A stretch of 64,000 bases of DNA from Flaccisagitta enflata (taxonomy: Eukaryota), in the NCBI GenBank assembly GCA_965153355.1, contig OZ231126.1, forward strand, positions 44,888,001-44,952,000. The letters are read 5' to 3'. Each line of letters starts with the position of its first letter. The stretch's first letter is position 1. This document shows, in pieces, positions 1 to 14,083 of this stretch. The translations under genes were made by a program, and so were the position numbers. A model generated the notes under the pieces. That model searched no databases. It was not told where the DNA came from and worked only from the letters and a program-made list of their open reading frames with translations.

Positions 1-231
1 AGCAATGAGCAGATGTTGCGATGGTATTGCGGTAAGGAGGTGAGGAGGCAATAAGCGGGCAATGAGGAGGCGCGGCGGTCACGCGGTGTTCAAACCAGCG
101 ACTCAATGCCAGGAGGCGTTTTGAGCGAACGTCGAAAAAACCCGCCTCGATACTCTTACATTCAATTCACGATTTTGTTGCGCAGTTCTTTCTTCATTTC
201 TGCTTTTCTTTCTTTCTTAGTTTTGTACGTT

Positions 232-306
<75 letters not shown>

Positions 307-321
307 ATCTTCTTTTTTTCA

Positions 322-567
322 TTTTTAGTCGCGTGCTAAGCGACTATATACCTCGCTATGGTATGTCGGTCCGTTCATTGGTCGGTCGGTTGGTTAGTTT
401 GTCAGTTTGTCGGTCGGTCCTTTGGTCCTCTTTTTAGTTTTACTTTATTGGTATTTATGAGCTTTTCGAGCTCACTACCCCTGCCCAAATGCGCGAGTGA
501 CCTTCTCAATCACTACCCCTGCCGACCCTCACACGACTGGGGTAGCCGTGAACCTGGCCTTGTTTTG
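322..567 (+). mobile_element. HINE/DINE-1-like element, subfamily A (agtcgcgtg subTIR)
   Basis: tttttagtcgcgtg...gcgact, GTCG/GTTG microsatellite, cacgact subTIR, gcc...ggc hairpin, cttgtttt end. Confidence 0.8.
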
Positions 568-624
568 TGCAATTTCGTTGCAGCTTAACCCACTCAGAAA
601 ATAACAAAACAACCACAAGTCCAC

Positions 625-958
<334 letters not shown>

Positions 959-1397
959 CGGGGTTACATACGCAACAAAAGATATGTGCCTCTGAGCTCT
1001 TACTTTCGCTTACTCCACCTATTTTTTTGCTGGTTCATCTCCCCCAAGCAATCAAATGGTATTCTGGCAGCCCGTTAAAGGGGCAAACTGCGAAAAGTTG
1101 GTTAAAACGGAGAGAAGAAACAAGATAACGATTTTGTCGGAGAAGCTTCTTGTATATTAGAAAGAATTCAAAGATGGATAACACAAACGCGCCTAAGCCT
1201 TAGCACACTTGATCTATTTGGCGGTTACGGCGAAGTAGTTTTTTTCAGCGCAAAATAATCCAGTGACAGAGAGGTCATGATTTTCTGTTTTACCTAAGCC
1301 TTTTTAACTTCGGTTAATGCAAAATTTAGGTAGAATTCCTTTGCTACATTTCTTTCAGCCTCTTATTCAATTTCGTGGATCTGTCGAGTGTTTGTAT

Positions 1398-1413
1398 GAA
1401 AAGTAGAAAGTAG

Positions 1414-1489
<76 letters not shown>

Positions 1490-1497
1490 GAAAAGAC
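1398..1497. repeat. (AAAGTAG)n heptamer array; second array at 3121-3208
   Basis: Direct reading of the sequence. Confidence 0.95.
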
Positions 1498-3119
1498 TAG
1501 TGTCACACAAAGCCGACCGTGGACAGGATGAAATTCATCAATTTTACATGTTTGAAAATTGAACAAATCCATATGTTGTCATGTAGATTACCTATTCTTA
1601 CATATGAATCCATACTTAGATTTTCTTAAGTAAGCTCATTTTTCATGCAAATTAGGCTTAGATAGATACTTTTGGCAATTTTATTACTAGAAAATTTAGC
1701 TAGATACAATCAAGAAATCAATATGAGAGTAAAATTCTTATTCATTACGTTTAAGCAAACATGTGTGATCATGTTTCTGAAATTTTTTTGAATTTTTTTA
1801 GTTTTTAAAAAAAATCTCTATAAGTACCATTTCTGGCTGGGTAGGCTGTTGGAAGAAAAAAATTTTCCCCAAGCTCTTTTTTATGCCAGTGACGAGAAAT
1901 CCTTTAAGGAAGCTTCATGCAAAATTTCAACCAGATCGGTCCATTATTTTAGAAGTTATGCCATTTTTTCATTTTTTCATCTGGTAGGCTGGTTGGTCTG
2001 GTTGGACTCCTCGACATTCTTTAGGTCGCATCAGAATTTAGGCAAAGGACTCTCTAGATCCAGATACCAACCATGCAAAATTTCATCGGGCTAACTCAAA
2101 TAGTTCTTGAGATATGCGAATTTGAATTTTGAGAAATTTTACCAAATTAAAACTTAAAAGCATCGCACATTTGTGTGAGAAGCGCTGTGTGGAAACAAAG
2201 AATTAACTAAGAGACTTGGTCGGCGAGCGTTACAATTCAATTCTTATCTTTGTAGTGATCAACTTAGGAATTTCACTGTGAACAAACAATATGGAGATAA
2301 GAGTTGAAATTATAGGTGCAAGTACAGAATTTGACCTTCTTTCCCAGCATGTTGATGAATTTTCCGTCACTCATGTTACTTTGGCGTGGCATAGTATGAA
2401 TCATAGTGTGACACAAATGTGACGGCTACAACAAGGAGCACCTCTGAATTGTAACGCTCCAGGAAAATGTTTATTTCTCTTGAATGAAATGGAAAAAATC
2501 CTTGAAAATCGGAGGAAAGGTCCTTCAACTAGTCCTTAATGCAATGGAAAAAGAAAAAAATGCTTAATGATTGAATAAAGATAGGCTTACAAAAAAAAAC
2601 TGTCCACCTAACTCCTTTTTAGTAAAGAATGACAGAAAAATAAAGGGGAAGAGTACCATAATTCAAATTCATTTTTTGTCATCTTACAGTTGAAATATTG
2701 AATTCAAACTTTCTACACATATCAATGGATTGATAGTGATTGCTTACAAGCTATTGGATGACCCTCATTGACATTTTTTGATTGGTTAAGCTTGCATTTT
2801 GCTTGCAGGGACAAAATCGGGACAGGCCAAAATAGACCCTTCTACCCCTGTTTTGGACCCCATAGGGGCAGTCGGTGTGGCAAAAATTGGTTTGGTTTGG
2901 CACACCAGATAGTTAGGTATGTCACCCAAGCTTCGTGACCTTATGCAATTCAGCAGAAGAAGCGATGACACTTCTACAATGGTAGAGAGTCAGGGTTTCT
3001 CGCGCGCAAGGCGAAACTCGGAATTAGTCAAAAGTAGAAAGAATGCAAAGATGGATATCACAAATGGATAGATAATACATATGCGCCTTAGCCTTAGCCT
3101 TAGTCTTTGTATGAGAAGC

Positions 3120-3166
<47 letters not shown>

Positions 3167-3923
3167 TTAGAAGGTAGAAAGTAGAGAGTGGAAAGTAGAA
3201 AAGTAGAAAGAATTCAAAGATGGATATCACAAACGCGCCTTAGCCTTTGTCTGTGTATATTAGAAAGAATTAAAAGATGGATAAACCAGACGCGCCCTAG
3301 TCTTCTTTAAGGTGGCGGAATTTGATGAAAGATCCGCGACCACGTTCGTGTATAATTTAGTCTTCTTTCTAGTCGCTGACACGCGGCTTGTTTCTTCTTC
3401 ATCTTCTTCTTCATTTTCTAACTCGGAGTAGGACTATGTAGGTCTCATCTATAGGATCACACCGTAAAAACTTACGTCATGAGCAATTTGTAATGCGGAT
3501 TACAGAAACTGGAGCATCTCTGTGCCAAAGATGCTTTGAAAGAAGCGGTGACTTAGGCGGGATCGCTGTTTAGATTTGTATTTAGTGGAATTCTGCGCGG
3601 AGAAACAGCGGAGACAATTAAAAGAAGATCAGCGTGGATTCATCCTGAAGTAGGGACAGGGATGAGTTCAGGGTTGGATGGTAATGAAGGGGCAAAGGGG
3701 GCAAAACGGGGAGGTGGCATGGACAGGGGGTATTGGGGTGGATAGGGGGTTGGGTTTTGGTTCCGCTTAAGGTTTTTCGGGGTGGAAAAGAGATGGTAAA
3801 CGAGTAATGATTTAGCGACGTTTCAAAAGGCGCATCTAAAAGATCCTTAGTTAGGCTTAGTCCACTTTACCCTTTACGGAGTTGGCTTCAACTTGCTTTA
3901 CATTTTCAGAATTAATTGTCCCC

Positions 3924-3977
<54 letters not shown>

Positions 3978-4076
3978 TTGAGGAATGTAGATCAAAATCT
4001 TCAAGCGTGGTCCAAAATCTATATTCCCCAAAGCTTTCTGCAAAGGAATTCGTTCACGTGATGACGACGACCGCAG

Positions 4077-4241
<165 letters not shown>

Positions 4242-4269
4242 CGACAACGACGACGACGACGACGACGGT

Positions 4270-4340
<71 letters not shown>

Positions 4341-4349
4341 CGATATTGA

Positions 4350-4418
<69 letters not shown>

Positions 4419-5351
4419 GCTCTGACCTTTACAAATGTAGTTCGAAAGACCTTCCGTTGGGACAGACTTCTCAAGCAGCAAACGTTCTCCCATCTTTACG
4501 TGACGACATTTTCTTTTCTTTTCTTTTCTTTTCTCTTCTCTTTCTTTTGCTCTTATTGTTCCTTTTCAAAATCGAAAGCTTGTCTGCTCGCTTCTCGGTG
4601 ATTTTGCTCTTTTATCATTGTTCGATTTTGTCTTTTTCTTTCTCATTTTTTTCCTCCATTCCTTTCTTTTTCGATTTCTTCTTTACATTTTTTATTCATT
4701 CTTCCTCCATCTTCTCTTCTTGTCTCCTTTATTTCTTTTCTTTTTCTTTTTCCGCTTAATCTTTCTTTTCCATTTTCTTCTCCTTTCGTCCAATCATTGG
4801 TTTTCTTCTTCTTCTACCCCGTCTTTGACTTCTTCGTACGAATTTCCTGTGTCCGTCGGTTGGTTAGTCCCTGCGTCTGACAGTTTATCAATTTGTCCAT
4901 CTTTTGGTTGGTCTGGTTTCACTTGTCTTCTTACTTTTCGCCTTTTTGGGGCTGCGGCCTCGAAGGGACCGATGACCTATGCTTTTGCACATGGGGAAAT
5001 TTCTCTTTCTTCTCCATCTTGTTCTACTACGCCGCCCCTCCCGGCCTCAAGACCCAAATGCCAGCCTCGAGACCCATACCCAAGCCCCAAGGCCCATATC
5101 CCAGCTGCGAGGCCCAATTTTCAACCCAGAGGCCCATATTCCAGCCCAGAAGCCTAAATCTCAACCCCAAGGCCCAAATCCCAGCCTCAAAGCTAAAATC
5201 CCAGCCCCCAAGGCCCAGATTCTAGCCTCGAGGCCCAAATCCCAGCCTTGAGGCCTAAGTCTCAGCTTTGATGCTTTAATCATGACCTGTTGGCCCTCAA
5301 TTCCAACCTCGAAGCCCAACTTTCAGCTTCGGAGCTAAAATCTCATTTTTT

Positions 5352-5790
5352 TGCAGCGGCCCCAAAGGGCCGATGTCCTGTAGGACACAGGGGTGAACCA
5401 TTAATTACGTACGTCTGTCCGTCCCCTCCCCCAAAGCTTCTCAATCCTCTAATTCCCATTTAATAACATGGGAAATTGATAAAATGCAAACTTCCCATAG
5501 AATAACATGGAAGATTGATGAAAAATGAAAAAATTGTGAAATTTCCATTAAATAAAATGGCAAATTGATGAGAAACTGAAAAAAATGCAAAACTCCCATT
5601 GAATATCATGGAAAATTGCTCCAAAGGCCTTAAATATGCCCTCTCAGGACATATGGAAATTCGCCCCTGTGTCCTATAGGACATCGGACCTTTGGGGCCG
5701 CTACCCTGCTCTCACTCCACTTCTTCAGCTATCACTCCAAGCAGGGCATCGGGTACCGCTGACCATGTGCGATCCTTGGATGACCTGTTA
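5352..5790 (+). mobile_element. HINE-like subfamily D (gcagcggcccc...ggggccgctgc long subTIR)
   Basis: About 45-bp inverted subterminal repeats and a conserved 3' tail caagcagggcatcgggtaccgctgaccatgtgcgatccttggatgac. The tail recurs at about 26200, 32565, 55160 and 55670; related copies at 22458-22905, 35255-35440 and 50158-50610. Confidence 0.75.
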
Positions 5791-7024
5791 ATTTGGCCCA
5801 AATCTCAGCCACGATGGCTCCTTAGACGTTCAAACGTTCCATGATTCTCAATTTGCCTTAGCATAGATCATCGGTCCCTACGAGGCTGCTGCCCCTCTCA
5901 CCTTCTCAACCCCACATACACATACCTAGGGGCATCTGGTACCGCGACTATTCTTTTTAGTCGCTGGCTAAGCGAAGAGGATGGGTTGTCCCAAGGTAGG
6001 TAGTATAGTAAGGATGGAAGTTCTGGAACGCGAAATTTCGGATGACGTGAAATCGACTGAAATACGGATTTCTGAGCATAACGGCCCCTGCCCAGCCACA
6101 TTACAGCCCCGCCCACCTACATACAACCCCTGCTCATCCGCCACCGACAACTTATTGGCCGCGTATCTGGCCTTGTTTTCTTTGATTCTTTCTTATATCC
6201 TCCTCACCATTCATTTGAGGCAATTGAACATTGAATATGTCTTTCTCTCAGGATTATTTGCAAGAAGACGGAATCAAAGAAGGGAAAAAATCCGATGATG
6301 AGAAGTGATTAGGCAAAAAGAAAGTCAAATTGGCGACCAATTAACGTCTTCACTCCTTCATTACTGCCATTTCCACATTTCATCTTTTACTCGATCAACA
6401 CTAGCTTGGATTGAATTGTCAAGCCATTATTCCTCTCCCTTTTTATCCCCAAACAGATTCTGAAACGAACTCCTTCCCGTTTTTAGCACAAATCGATAAG
6501 TCAACGTGGCTCATAATTTGGGACCATGCCTCATAAGTCATGAATAAATTCAATGAGTCATGATCATAAGCAAAATTTGTTAGTCCTGTAAATGACAGAA
6601 CAGACAAGAATTTTTTTTTCTACACCAAAACAAAAATCTGAAATGTAATCCGTTAAATGATTGAGCAGAAAATAATCATTTGTTTCTTCCCATAACTAAA
6701 ACAATTTAGTCGAACGATCTGCCATTAGACAGGGAGTCCTGTCTCATGGCAGGCACAGGACCTCCGTTTGATACATCCAAAGATTATTGATCTTAGGAAA
6801 CAAAAAAACCAACGCAAAAACACAAAGAGCGCAGCAGAAAAAAAAGTAGAAACCTAGACAGTTATAAGATGGGGAATTAAGAATGGGACAAGGAAAAATA
6901 GGAGGCGACTTTTATCTCCCTTTTCGTGTGACAAAACCGTTTTCAAAGTTTAAAAAGAGCTTTAAAAATTAAAGTAAACTTTGCTCATTGACATTTACGC
7001 AGAATTACAGCAGCAAAAAGGAAG

Positions 7025-7142
<118 letters not shown>

Positions 7143-7425
7143 TTCACTGCCATCTTCTTTTGTCTCTCCACAATAATTTGCCTCCCAATATTTTTTTTCT
7201 CTCTTTTTTTTCTTGAGAAAAAATTCAATTCGTTAATTTTATTCATGTCCATGAAAAATTGTATCTCATTTCGGTGCGAAAGTTTTGGAATTTTCATTTG
7301 TTTTCTTGGGACAGAAACAACAGAAAACCTTCCAAACTCAAAGGTAATTATCATAAAATTCGCAAGAAAAAATGTTTAGATAATTGTGGAGGATGTTCAA
7401 AGGCATCACAAATCAAAGAAGGAAA

Positions 7426-7470
<45 letters not shown>

Positions 7471-8457
7471 GCTGCCGGAGGGAGATGCAAAAGAACACGT
7501 TTTAATTCGATATTTGAAATTGGAGTAGTTAGACAGTTCCATCATCCGTACAGCGTGCAGCCATGTGCTCTTTAGCAGTACAAATGGTTCTGCGAAGTAA
7601 ATTTTTTTAAAGTTCCTATTACCATTGGTGAATATTTGTTCATGATGTTTACCGCGTAAACATATTTTGAGCGCTCAAAACACTGTGCTTATGATATACT
7701 TCCATCATTGATTCCTCTGTCCCTTTCCCTTTCTTCCTTTCACCAATACACAATATCTTGAACCGCGCTCCCGTTCTTTTCACTATTTCCCCCTCCCCCC
7801 ATCTTCTAGGTCTAAACTTTCCTCTTTACTTTTATTCCACTTTGGTTACTGAGAAACCCCATTTCTCAGTCCTCGTTCTTCTTTCTCTTCCCCTACAAAA
7901 TCTACAAGTCATCAAAATTTACAACTGCCATTTATTTCGTGATGTGGTTTCGCGCGCGGCTCAAAACGAGAAAAGGTCCGCGCTTCGTCCTCTTATTGCT
8001 CAATAAACCTTCTTTTTCTTCTTCTTCTTGTTTTTCTTGTTCTTGTCCTTGTTCTTTTCTCATCTTCTGTAACTTCTTTTTTCCCCTCTTAACTTTTTCT
8101 TTCTTTTTCTTGTTTTTTCTTTCTTTTTTTTTTCTTTTTCGTTTTCTTTTTCTTTTTCTTTTTCTTTTTCTTTTTCTTTTTCGTTTTCGTTTTCTTTTTC
8201 TTTTTCTTTTTCTTTTTCTTTTTCTTTTTCTTTTTCTTTTTCTTTTGCATTTAGTCAGGTTTTTATGCCTCAAACTATGTCAGCCGAAATACATGTTGCC
8301 CATTATCGAATTATCTATATGATGCAGAATCCAGTAAATTGGCCTTTGCATTTGGTTGGTTATCATGATAGATACTTGAGATTGTTTCTGAAACACTTTT
8401 CTGAGTCGGAGGAATGGAACAGAAAAATCTCTGATTTTTTTCTTCCTTACCAAAAAA

Positions 8458-8553
<96 letters not shown>

Positions 8554-8829
8554 AAAAAAGTATTGTAATACTATTGTTTTCGGGCTTCACAAAAGCAACA
8601 ACATCTGCACACATCGAAAAGAGTTTTGCCAAGGTATCCTTTCCAAGAGCCCTGCAAAAACATGGGGTGGCTCTGACAGACAGGGTTTTTTTTAGTTTGC
8701 GCTCATAGTATATGATTTCCTCACTATCATGAACAACCTTTTGCAATTAAGGGCTAATGATCAAACAAGTTAGGACAGATAGAAAAATCATAATTTTGAT
8801 GTCCCGTCAGAGCGTAAAACACATTTTTA

Positions 8830-9421
8830 CCATCTTGGCCATAAATATAAGAACAGCAGGTTTATGAGTTGATTTATTAACTAGAAGTAAGCAGCAAACA
8901 TATAAGACTGCATCTAATATTTAGTATTACCATGTTGGGCATCCACCACCGCCTGCATTCACTCTGGCATTGACTTGTAGAGAGACTGCAGGTACTCTGG
9001 AGTGATCTTGTTTCAAACCATTTATACGATTCATTTCAGCCTTGCTTTGCATGTTGTTTTTTACCCTGTTTCTGCAGGTTTTTTGTTTGAATGTTTGAGT
9101 TCTCAATTGGATTGAGATCCAAATGGATGTGGGCTAATCCTAGACAAGCTTAACTCATCGATCTTAAAGTATATTGGGTGCAGTGCCAGTGCACCGTTCT
9201 CCATTATCTAAGAAAGATTTGCCCAACCACAATTGCAAAAAGCAAATGTCTTATTCATTTGGTTCTCATTTCTAAACGAATAAAGATAAAGGAACCAGCT
9301 TGGTCTCAATTGATAGATTTTTCGAAGATGCAAATTTTGAAAAAAAAAATCATCTCTCTGCGATTAAAATCAAGCAAGTTATGACACTTAAAAGCTGTTC
9401 TTATATTTATGGCCAAGATGG
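8830..9421. mobile_element. TA-flanked CCATCTTGG MITE
   Basis: Perfect TIRs ccatcttggccataaatataagaacagc / gctgttcttatatttatggccaagatgg with TA on both sides. Confidence 0.9.
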
Positions 9422-9563
9422 TATTCCCAGCTTTGACTTCAGCGATTGAAATAAAAATTGACAGCTTTTTATACACTCAAGGTGTAAGTCTATTCAACTT
9501 GACATTGTAAAAAACTCATTAAAAAACCCGACCCCTTATTGTAAACAGACAACATTCTATCTA

Positions 9564-10130
9564 CAGGGTGTTTCAAACGTTTCGAGGTATTTTTAAACGA
9601 CATATCTCAGCTTCTAGTAATTTTTTTTTATCTCTGAAAAAAGATCTAAAAAGATCAGCAGATTATGCATGTAAAGTCTCATGATATTGGGATAATTTTT
9701 TAAGCAACCACATAAATTTGAAGTAAATGAATGATTTTAGACTCAGTCATTTCTACTTTATTTTTTGTAAATGGTGCAAATCTAGTCATGTTTATTGGTG
9801 TAATATTTTTACGATTTTTGGTAAAAACTACATCAAAAAGCTTGAAAATCAATAAACCTAGGCTCTAGCTTAACTGATGTAATGACAGATTTTCAGTAAA
9901 AATGTTTCGTTTCATTTAAAATTTTAAAGGCAAAAATGAAAAGCACTCTGAAATTGAACACAAACTTCAAAATTTTGCAGTTGCTTCAAAAATCATCCCA
10001 ACAGCACGAAATTTTGCGTGCAAAAACTGCCGACCAAGATCTTTTTGGGTCTTTTTTAAGAAGTTTAAAAAAGATAATAAAAGCTGAGAAATGTCGTTTT
10101 AAAATACCTCAAAACGCGTGAAACACCTTG
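9564..10130. mobile_element. Tc1/mariner-type MITE (CAGGGTG TIR)
   Basis: ta-cagggtgtttcaaacgtttcgaggtatttttaaacgacatatctcagctt is inverted relative to aagctgagaaatgtcgttttaaaatacctcaaaacgcgtgaaacaccttg. Confidence 0.8.
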
Positions 10131-10963
10131 CACCATTGACAGAGTCATAAAAGATTTATCGAAAATATGTATTTCAAAAATACACGAAGTTCAAAAGCAA
10201 ACCGATGTTTGCATTTTCGGTTGGTTCGCGGTTGTCACGAGAAAATTCTTCAACCCGAAGTTAACGTGATTCATTTCAAAGTTATAGTTTACAGTTCACG
10301 CGATAAATCGGCCAAACGCGTCTGCCTGACAACACATCAACGAAGAATGCAGGAGGTTGTTTTAGTAAATAGTGAAACCTGAATGCTTCTCGAGATGAGC
10401 CCAATAATCGGAGTTTAAAATTTGAATTTTCTGATGAGATTTCATCTAGGTTGGTTGTTTTTCGTGTTTATATCCAATGTTTTTTTTTCAAACATACTAG
10501 CGGCCTGTAGCGCCTAATCAACTTTACCGCACACTGATCTCGAAATATTTCAGTCTGTAAACAACTGGCAAAATGATTCCAGATAATAAGTCAAATTGTT
10601 TCTATTTCTCATAGATAATTTCTTTTCATCAGCATAGTTTATTCAATGATTACTGCAATACATTTTTGAATCATTAACCTACTTCATCATAGTGCAGATC
10701 TACCAATCATTGAACTAATTGTGACTAGTTTCGTTTGTGATGGAAAAACACCTACACAAAAATAATGCATTTACCGTCATTTCCTCTGACTGCTCAATCG
10801 CGAATTGTAAGTACATTTTGGGGAGGGAAAAAAGTACATCAAGTTGTTTTCTTTATTTCTTTTTTTTTGTTACTCTTTTTCTGGTTGGGTCATCATCGAA
10901 TTCATTAATCTCTTTATTTTTTCCGTTTCAGCCTCGCGTCCGTTTGAATGAGCAACATTCACT

Positions 10964-11014
<51 letters not shown>

Positions 11015-11197
11015 ACTCTCTGCACGCGACTCTACAACCCGCTTTGTCCGTCGGTCGGTCGGTTGGTCTGTCGGTCACACTTTACTTTTTTTATGATTTT
11101 ATTACTTTGACCTCCCTGCTCCTACCCAAATGGTCTGGTGACCTCAAATATGGCCCCTGCCCACCCGCACGCGACTTCGGTAGCCGTATATCCGGCC

Positions 11198-11255
<58 letters not shown>

Positions 11256-11567
11256 CTCTCTCACAGATAAGTCTCATATTGATGGACTGAAAACTGTAAG
11301 CAGCTTGTTTCGCTCCACTGGCTCACCTATATTCACATCATCACTTATTATCATGTAGACTACTTGGGAATCTAAGTAACTGACAGATTCAGTGATTTCT
11401 TTTTTAACGAAAATTGAAAAGACATCCGATATGGGGCGATTTTTACTGTCTTGTTAACAACACTTAAAACTATGAGAAATCCTTATCGCCATTAGCCTTC
11501 ATTGCCAGTGTGCAAACAAGACATTTCTCTCTCCCTCTCTCTCTTTTATATCGATCCGCTCTCACTT

Positions 11568-11764
11568 TTTTTTAGTCGCGTGCACGCGACTCTACAACTC
11601 GCTTTGTCCGTCGGTCGGTCGGTCGGTTGGTCGGTCCGTCACACTTTACTTTTTTTATGATTTTATTTCTTTGACGTCACCGCTCTACCCAAATGGTCTG
11701 GTGACCTCAAATATGGCCCCTGCCCACCCGCACGCGACTTCGGTGGCCGTGTATCCGGCCTTGT
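11568..11764 (+). mobile_element. HINE subfamily A, intact; near-identical copy at about 11021-11201
   Basis: agtcgcgtgcacgcgact 5' palindrome, gtcg repeats, cacgcgact subTIR, ggccgtgtatccggcc hairpin, ttgt. Further related copies at about 13339-13484(-), 16026-16130(-), 20748-20985(-), 27262-27421(+), 42500-43066(-), 44960-45123(-) and 48657-48880(-). Confidence 0.85.
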
Positions 11765-12566
11765 AACGCTTTTGACCGCCGATCAAAACAGAGCTCAACT
11801 TATTAATCTTGCGGAAATTTTTTCAAACGTTACTTTCGATGTTTCGTGGCTGTTTATTGAGAAAGTTACAAATCATTTCATATGAGCATTTCTTTTATCA
11901 ACATGCAGTATCAACAAAGTAGGTCAGTGTCCCTCTAGAATCTATCTGATTTTACTTAGAGTCTAGTCTACAGAATTCTAACAAAAATGAATCTGAAAAA
12001 AAGTCGTTTAAAAAAAATACTCCTGTATGAGGCAAAGTCGCAACCTTGCATGAAATGTTGCGTCGTCTTTATCTTTACTCGCAACGTGATGGGTTATTTT
12101 TCTATTCTATGAACACACCAGAGAAACATAGAACTGTCATGGTCCCTGATTGGGTGGTAACTTAGGGGACTGGTTGTGATCATCATACATGTAACAAAAA
12201 TAAGTGTCATCAGGTTCATTGTTTGAGCAGCACCGTTGAAGCTCCATTTCTGTACATACTCAATAGCGCGATTTTTTTCCTCGTTAATACTCACATCGAT
12301 AGTGTAAATTTCTTCCCCTCACTCACCATTCTCCTCTCTCATTGTTTTCTTTTTTTCTCTCTTCCCCTCGCATCTCTGTTTCTCCGTTTCTTTCCTCTTT
12401 TTTTCCTCTTCTTCTTCTTTCCTCCCTTTTCTTTCTTCTTCCCTCATTCCTATCACTTGGTCGCTTCTCCTCCGCCCACCTGACCTTTTTCTATTTCGCC
12501 GCGATTGTCCAAGAAGATGTAATACTTTTCTTCTCTTATCTTTTATTTCTCTCTTTCTCTTTCTCT

Positions 12567-12613
<47 letters not shown>

Positions 12614-12739
12614 TCATTCTCATCCTTTCTTTGTTGATGAAAGGCAATCTCTCTCTCCACAATTTGACTTTTTTATCTAAAGAGTTTAACCTTTTTCTCC
12701 TCTGTTTCTTAGCCGATCGCAGTTTGGAAGATGAGTATG

Positions 12740-13185
12740 GAGGTGACGAGAAGGTGACGAGGAGGTAGGTGATGAGGAGGTGAGGAGATGACGAGGTGAC
12801 GAGGAGGTAGGTGATGAGGAGGTGACGAGGTGACGAGGAGGCGACGAGGAGGTAGGTGATGAGGAGGTTATGAGGAGGTGACGAGGAGGTAGGTCATGAG
12901 GAGGTGACGAGGTGACGAGAAGGTATGTGATGACGAGGTGACGAGGTGACGAGGAGGTGATGAGGAGGTAGGTGATGAGGAGATGATGAGGTGACGAGGA
13001 GGTAGGTGATGACGAGGTGACGAGGTGACGAGGAGGTAGGTGATGAAGAGGTGACGAGGAGGTGACAAGAAGGTAAGTGATGAGGAGGTGATGAGGTGAC
13101 GAGGATGTGACGAGGAGGTGACGAGGAGGTAGGTGATGAGGAGTTGACGAGGAGGTGACGAGGAGTTGACGAGGAGGTAGGTTAT
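12740..13185. repeat. Purine-rich compound minisatellite (gaggaggtgac / gaggtgac / gaggaggtaggtgat)
   Basis: Visible tandem units of 8, 11 and 15 bp. Confidence 0.9.
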
Positions 13186-13756
13186 GTGGACAAACTAAGG
13201 AATTATGAGATGTGATTTGTTGAGAAGTGTGGGAATGATGTCGAGATGGGAGGTGAGGGGAAGGAGGGGGTTGATGAGGAGGAAAGTGGAGATGATAATT
13301 GAAGATGATTGAAGATATAAAGATGATCGAGAGGGTAAACATGGCCGGATACACGGCAATCCAGTCGCGGACGGTTGGGCAGGAGCAGTAGGGCTAAGAC
13401 GGATTGGAATTCAAAAATGTTACGGAGGGACCGACGGTCCGACCGACACGGCAAGGTGTAGAGTCGCGTGTCCGCGACTAAAAATGTGAAGAAGAGATGA
13501 GAAGGAGGCAAGGTTTAAAATAGCATGGATGAAAAAGGGAAAAAAGAAAAATGTACGTGTTATAAAAAGAGAGAGATGGAGTATGAGGATGGGAAGAAGG
13601 TAAGTGAAAACTGAAACAAAGAACAGTTTCATCCCGCTGTAATGGATCCGAGATTAACGGAAATCCGTCTAGAGTGTGTTTCTACTCAAAGACACAAATG
13701 GGTTTCTATTGTGGGTTTTGCAAATCGCGATTTTACTTCACTTTCCCTGAAAAAAA

Positions 13757-13853
13757 TTGGGGCACAAGGTAGATTCAAACCCTCTCCAAGCTGCCTTGAG
13801 GAATCAGCTTCCTTAAATTTGAAGTCAACGCCCTTACCAACAACGCTTTGAAC
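13757..13853 (-). pseudogene. tRNA-like sequence with a long variable-arm hairpin
   Basis: Minus strand reads gttcaa-agcgttgttggtaagggcg-ttga-cttcaaa-tttaa-gg-aagctg...cagctt-gg-agagggtttgaatctacc-ttgtgc, then T7. Stems are degenerate. Confidence 0.45.
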
Positions 13854-13995
13854 AATCACTCAAGTTTGTGGAATTTCGTCGCCCTTATTCTACAACTTTG
13901 GATCAATGTATGTTCAGTTCTGTAATGGCTATCTTATTCAATTGCCTCTCTATTAAATAAGTCCATCAGAAATAATTTTAGGCATATGAGTAAAT

Positions 13996-14083
13996 GTCTC
14001 AGTGGCGCAGGTGGCTAAGGCGTAAGCTTCTAGCCTGATGAAAAATATTGCTTTTGAGCGTGGGTTCATCCCTGCAAGAGGCC
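13996..14083 (+). pseudogene. tRNA-like sequence (SINE head or tRNA pseudogene)
   Basis: A box tggcgcaggtgg, T arm gtggg-ttcatc-cctgc, partial acceptor stem gtctc/gaggc, downstream T7. Confidence 0.55.

Noticed and set aside
4893-5340. Proline-rich ORFs
   Set aside because: Derived from the about 21-bp internal tandem repeat of a HINE-like element.
12686-13354. 222-aa His/Pro/Ser-rich ORF
   Set aside because: Arises from a compound minisatellite with 8- and 11-bp units that do not preserve frame.
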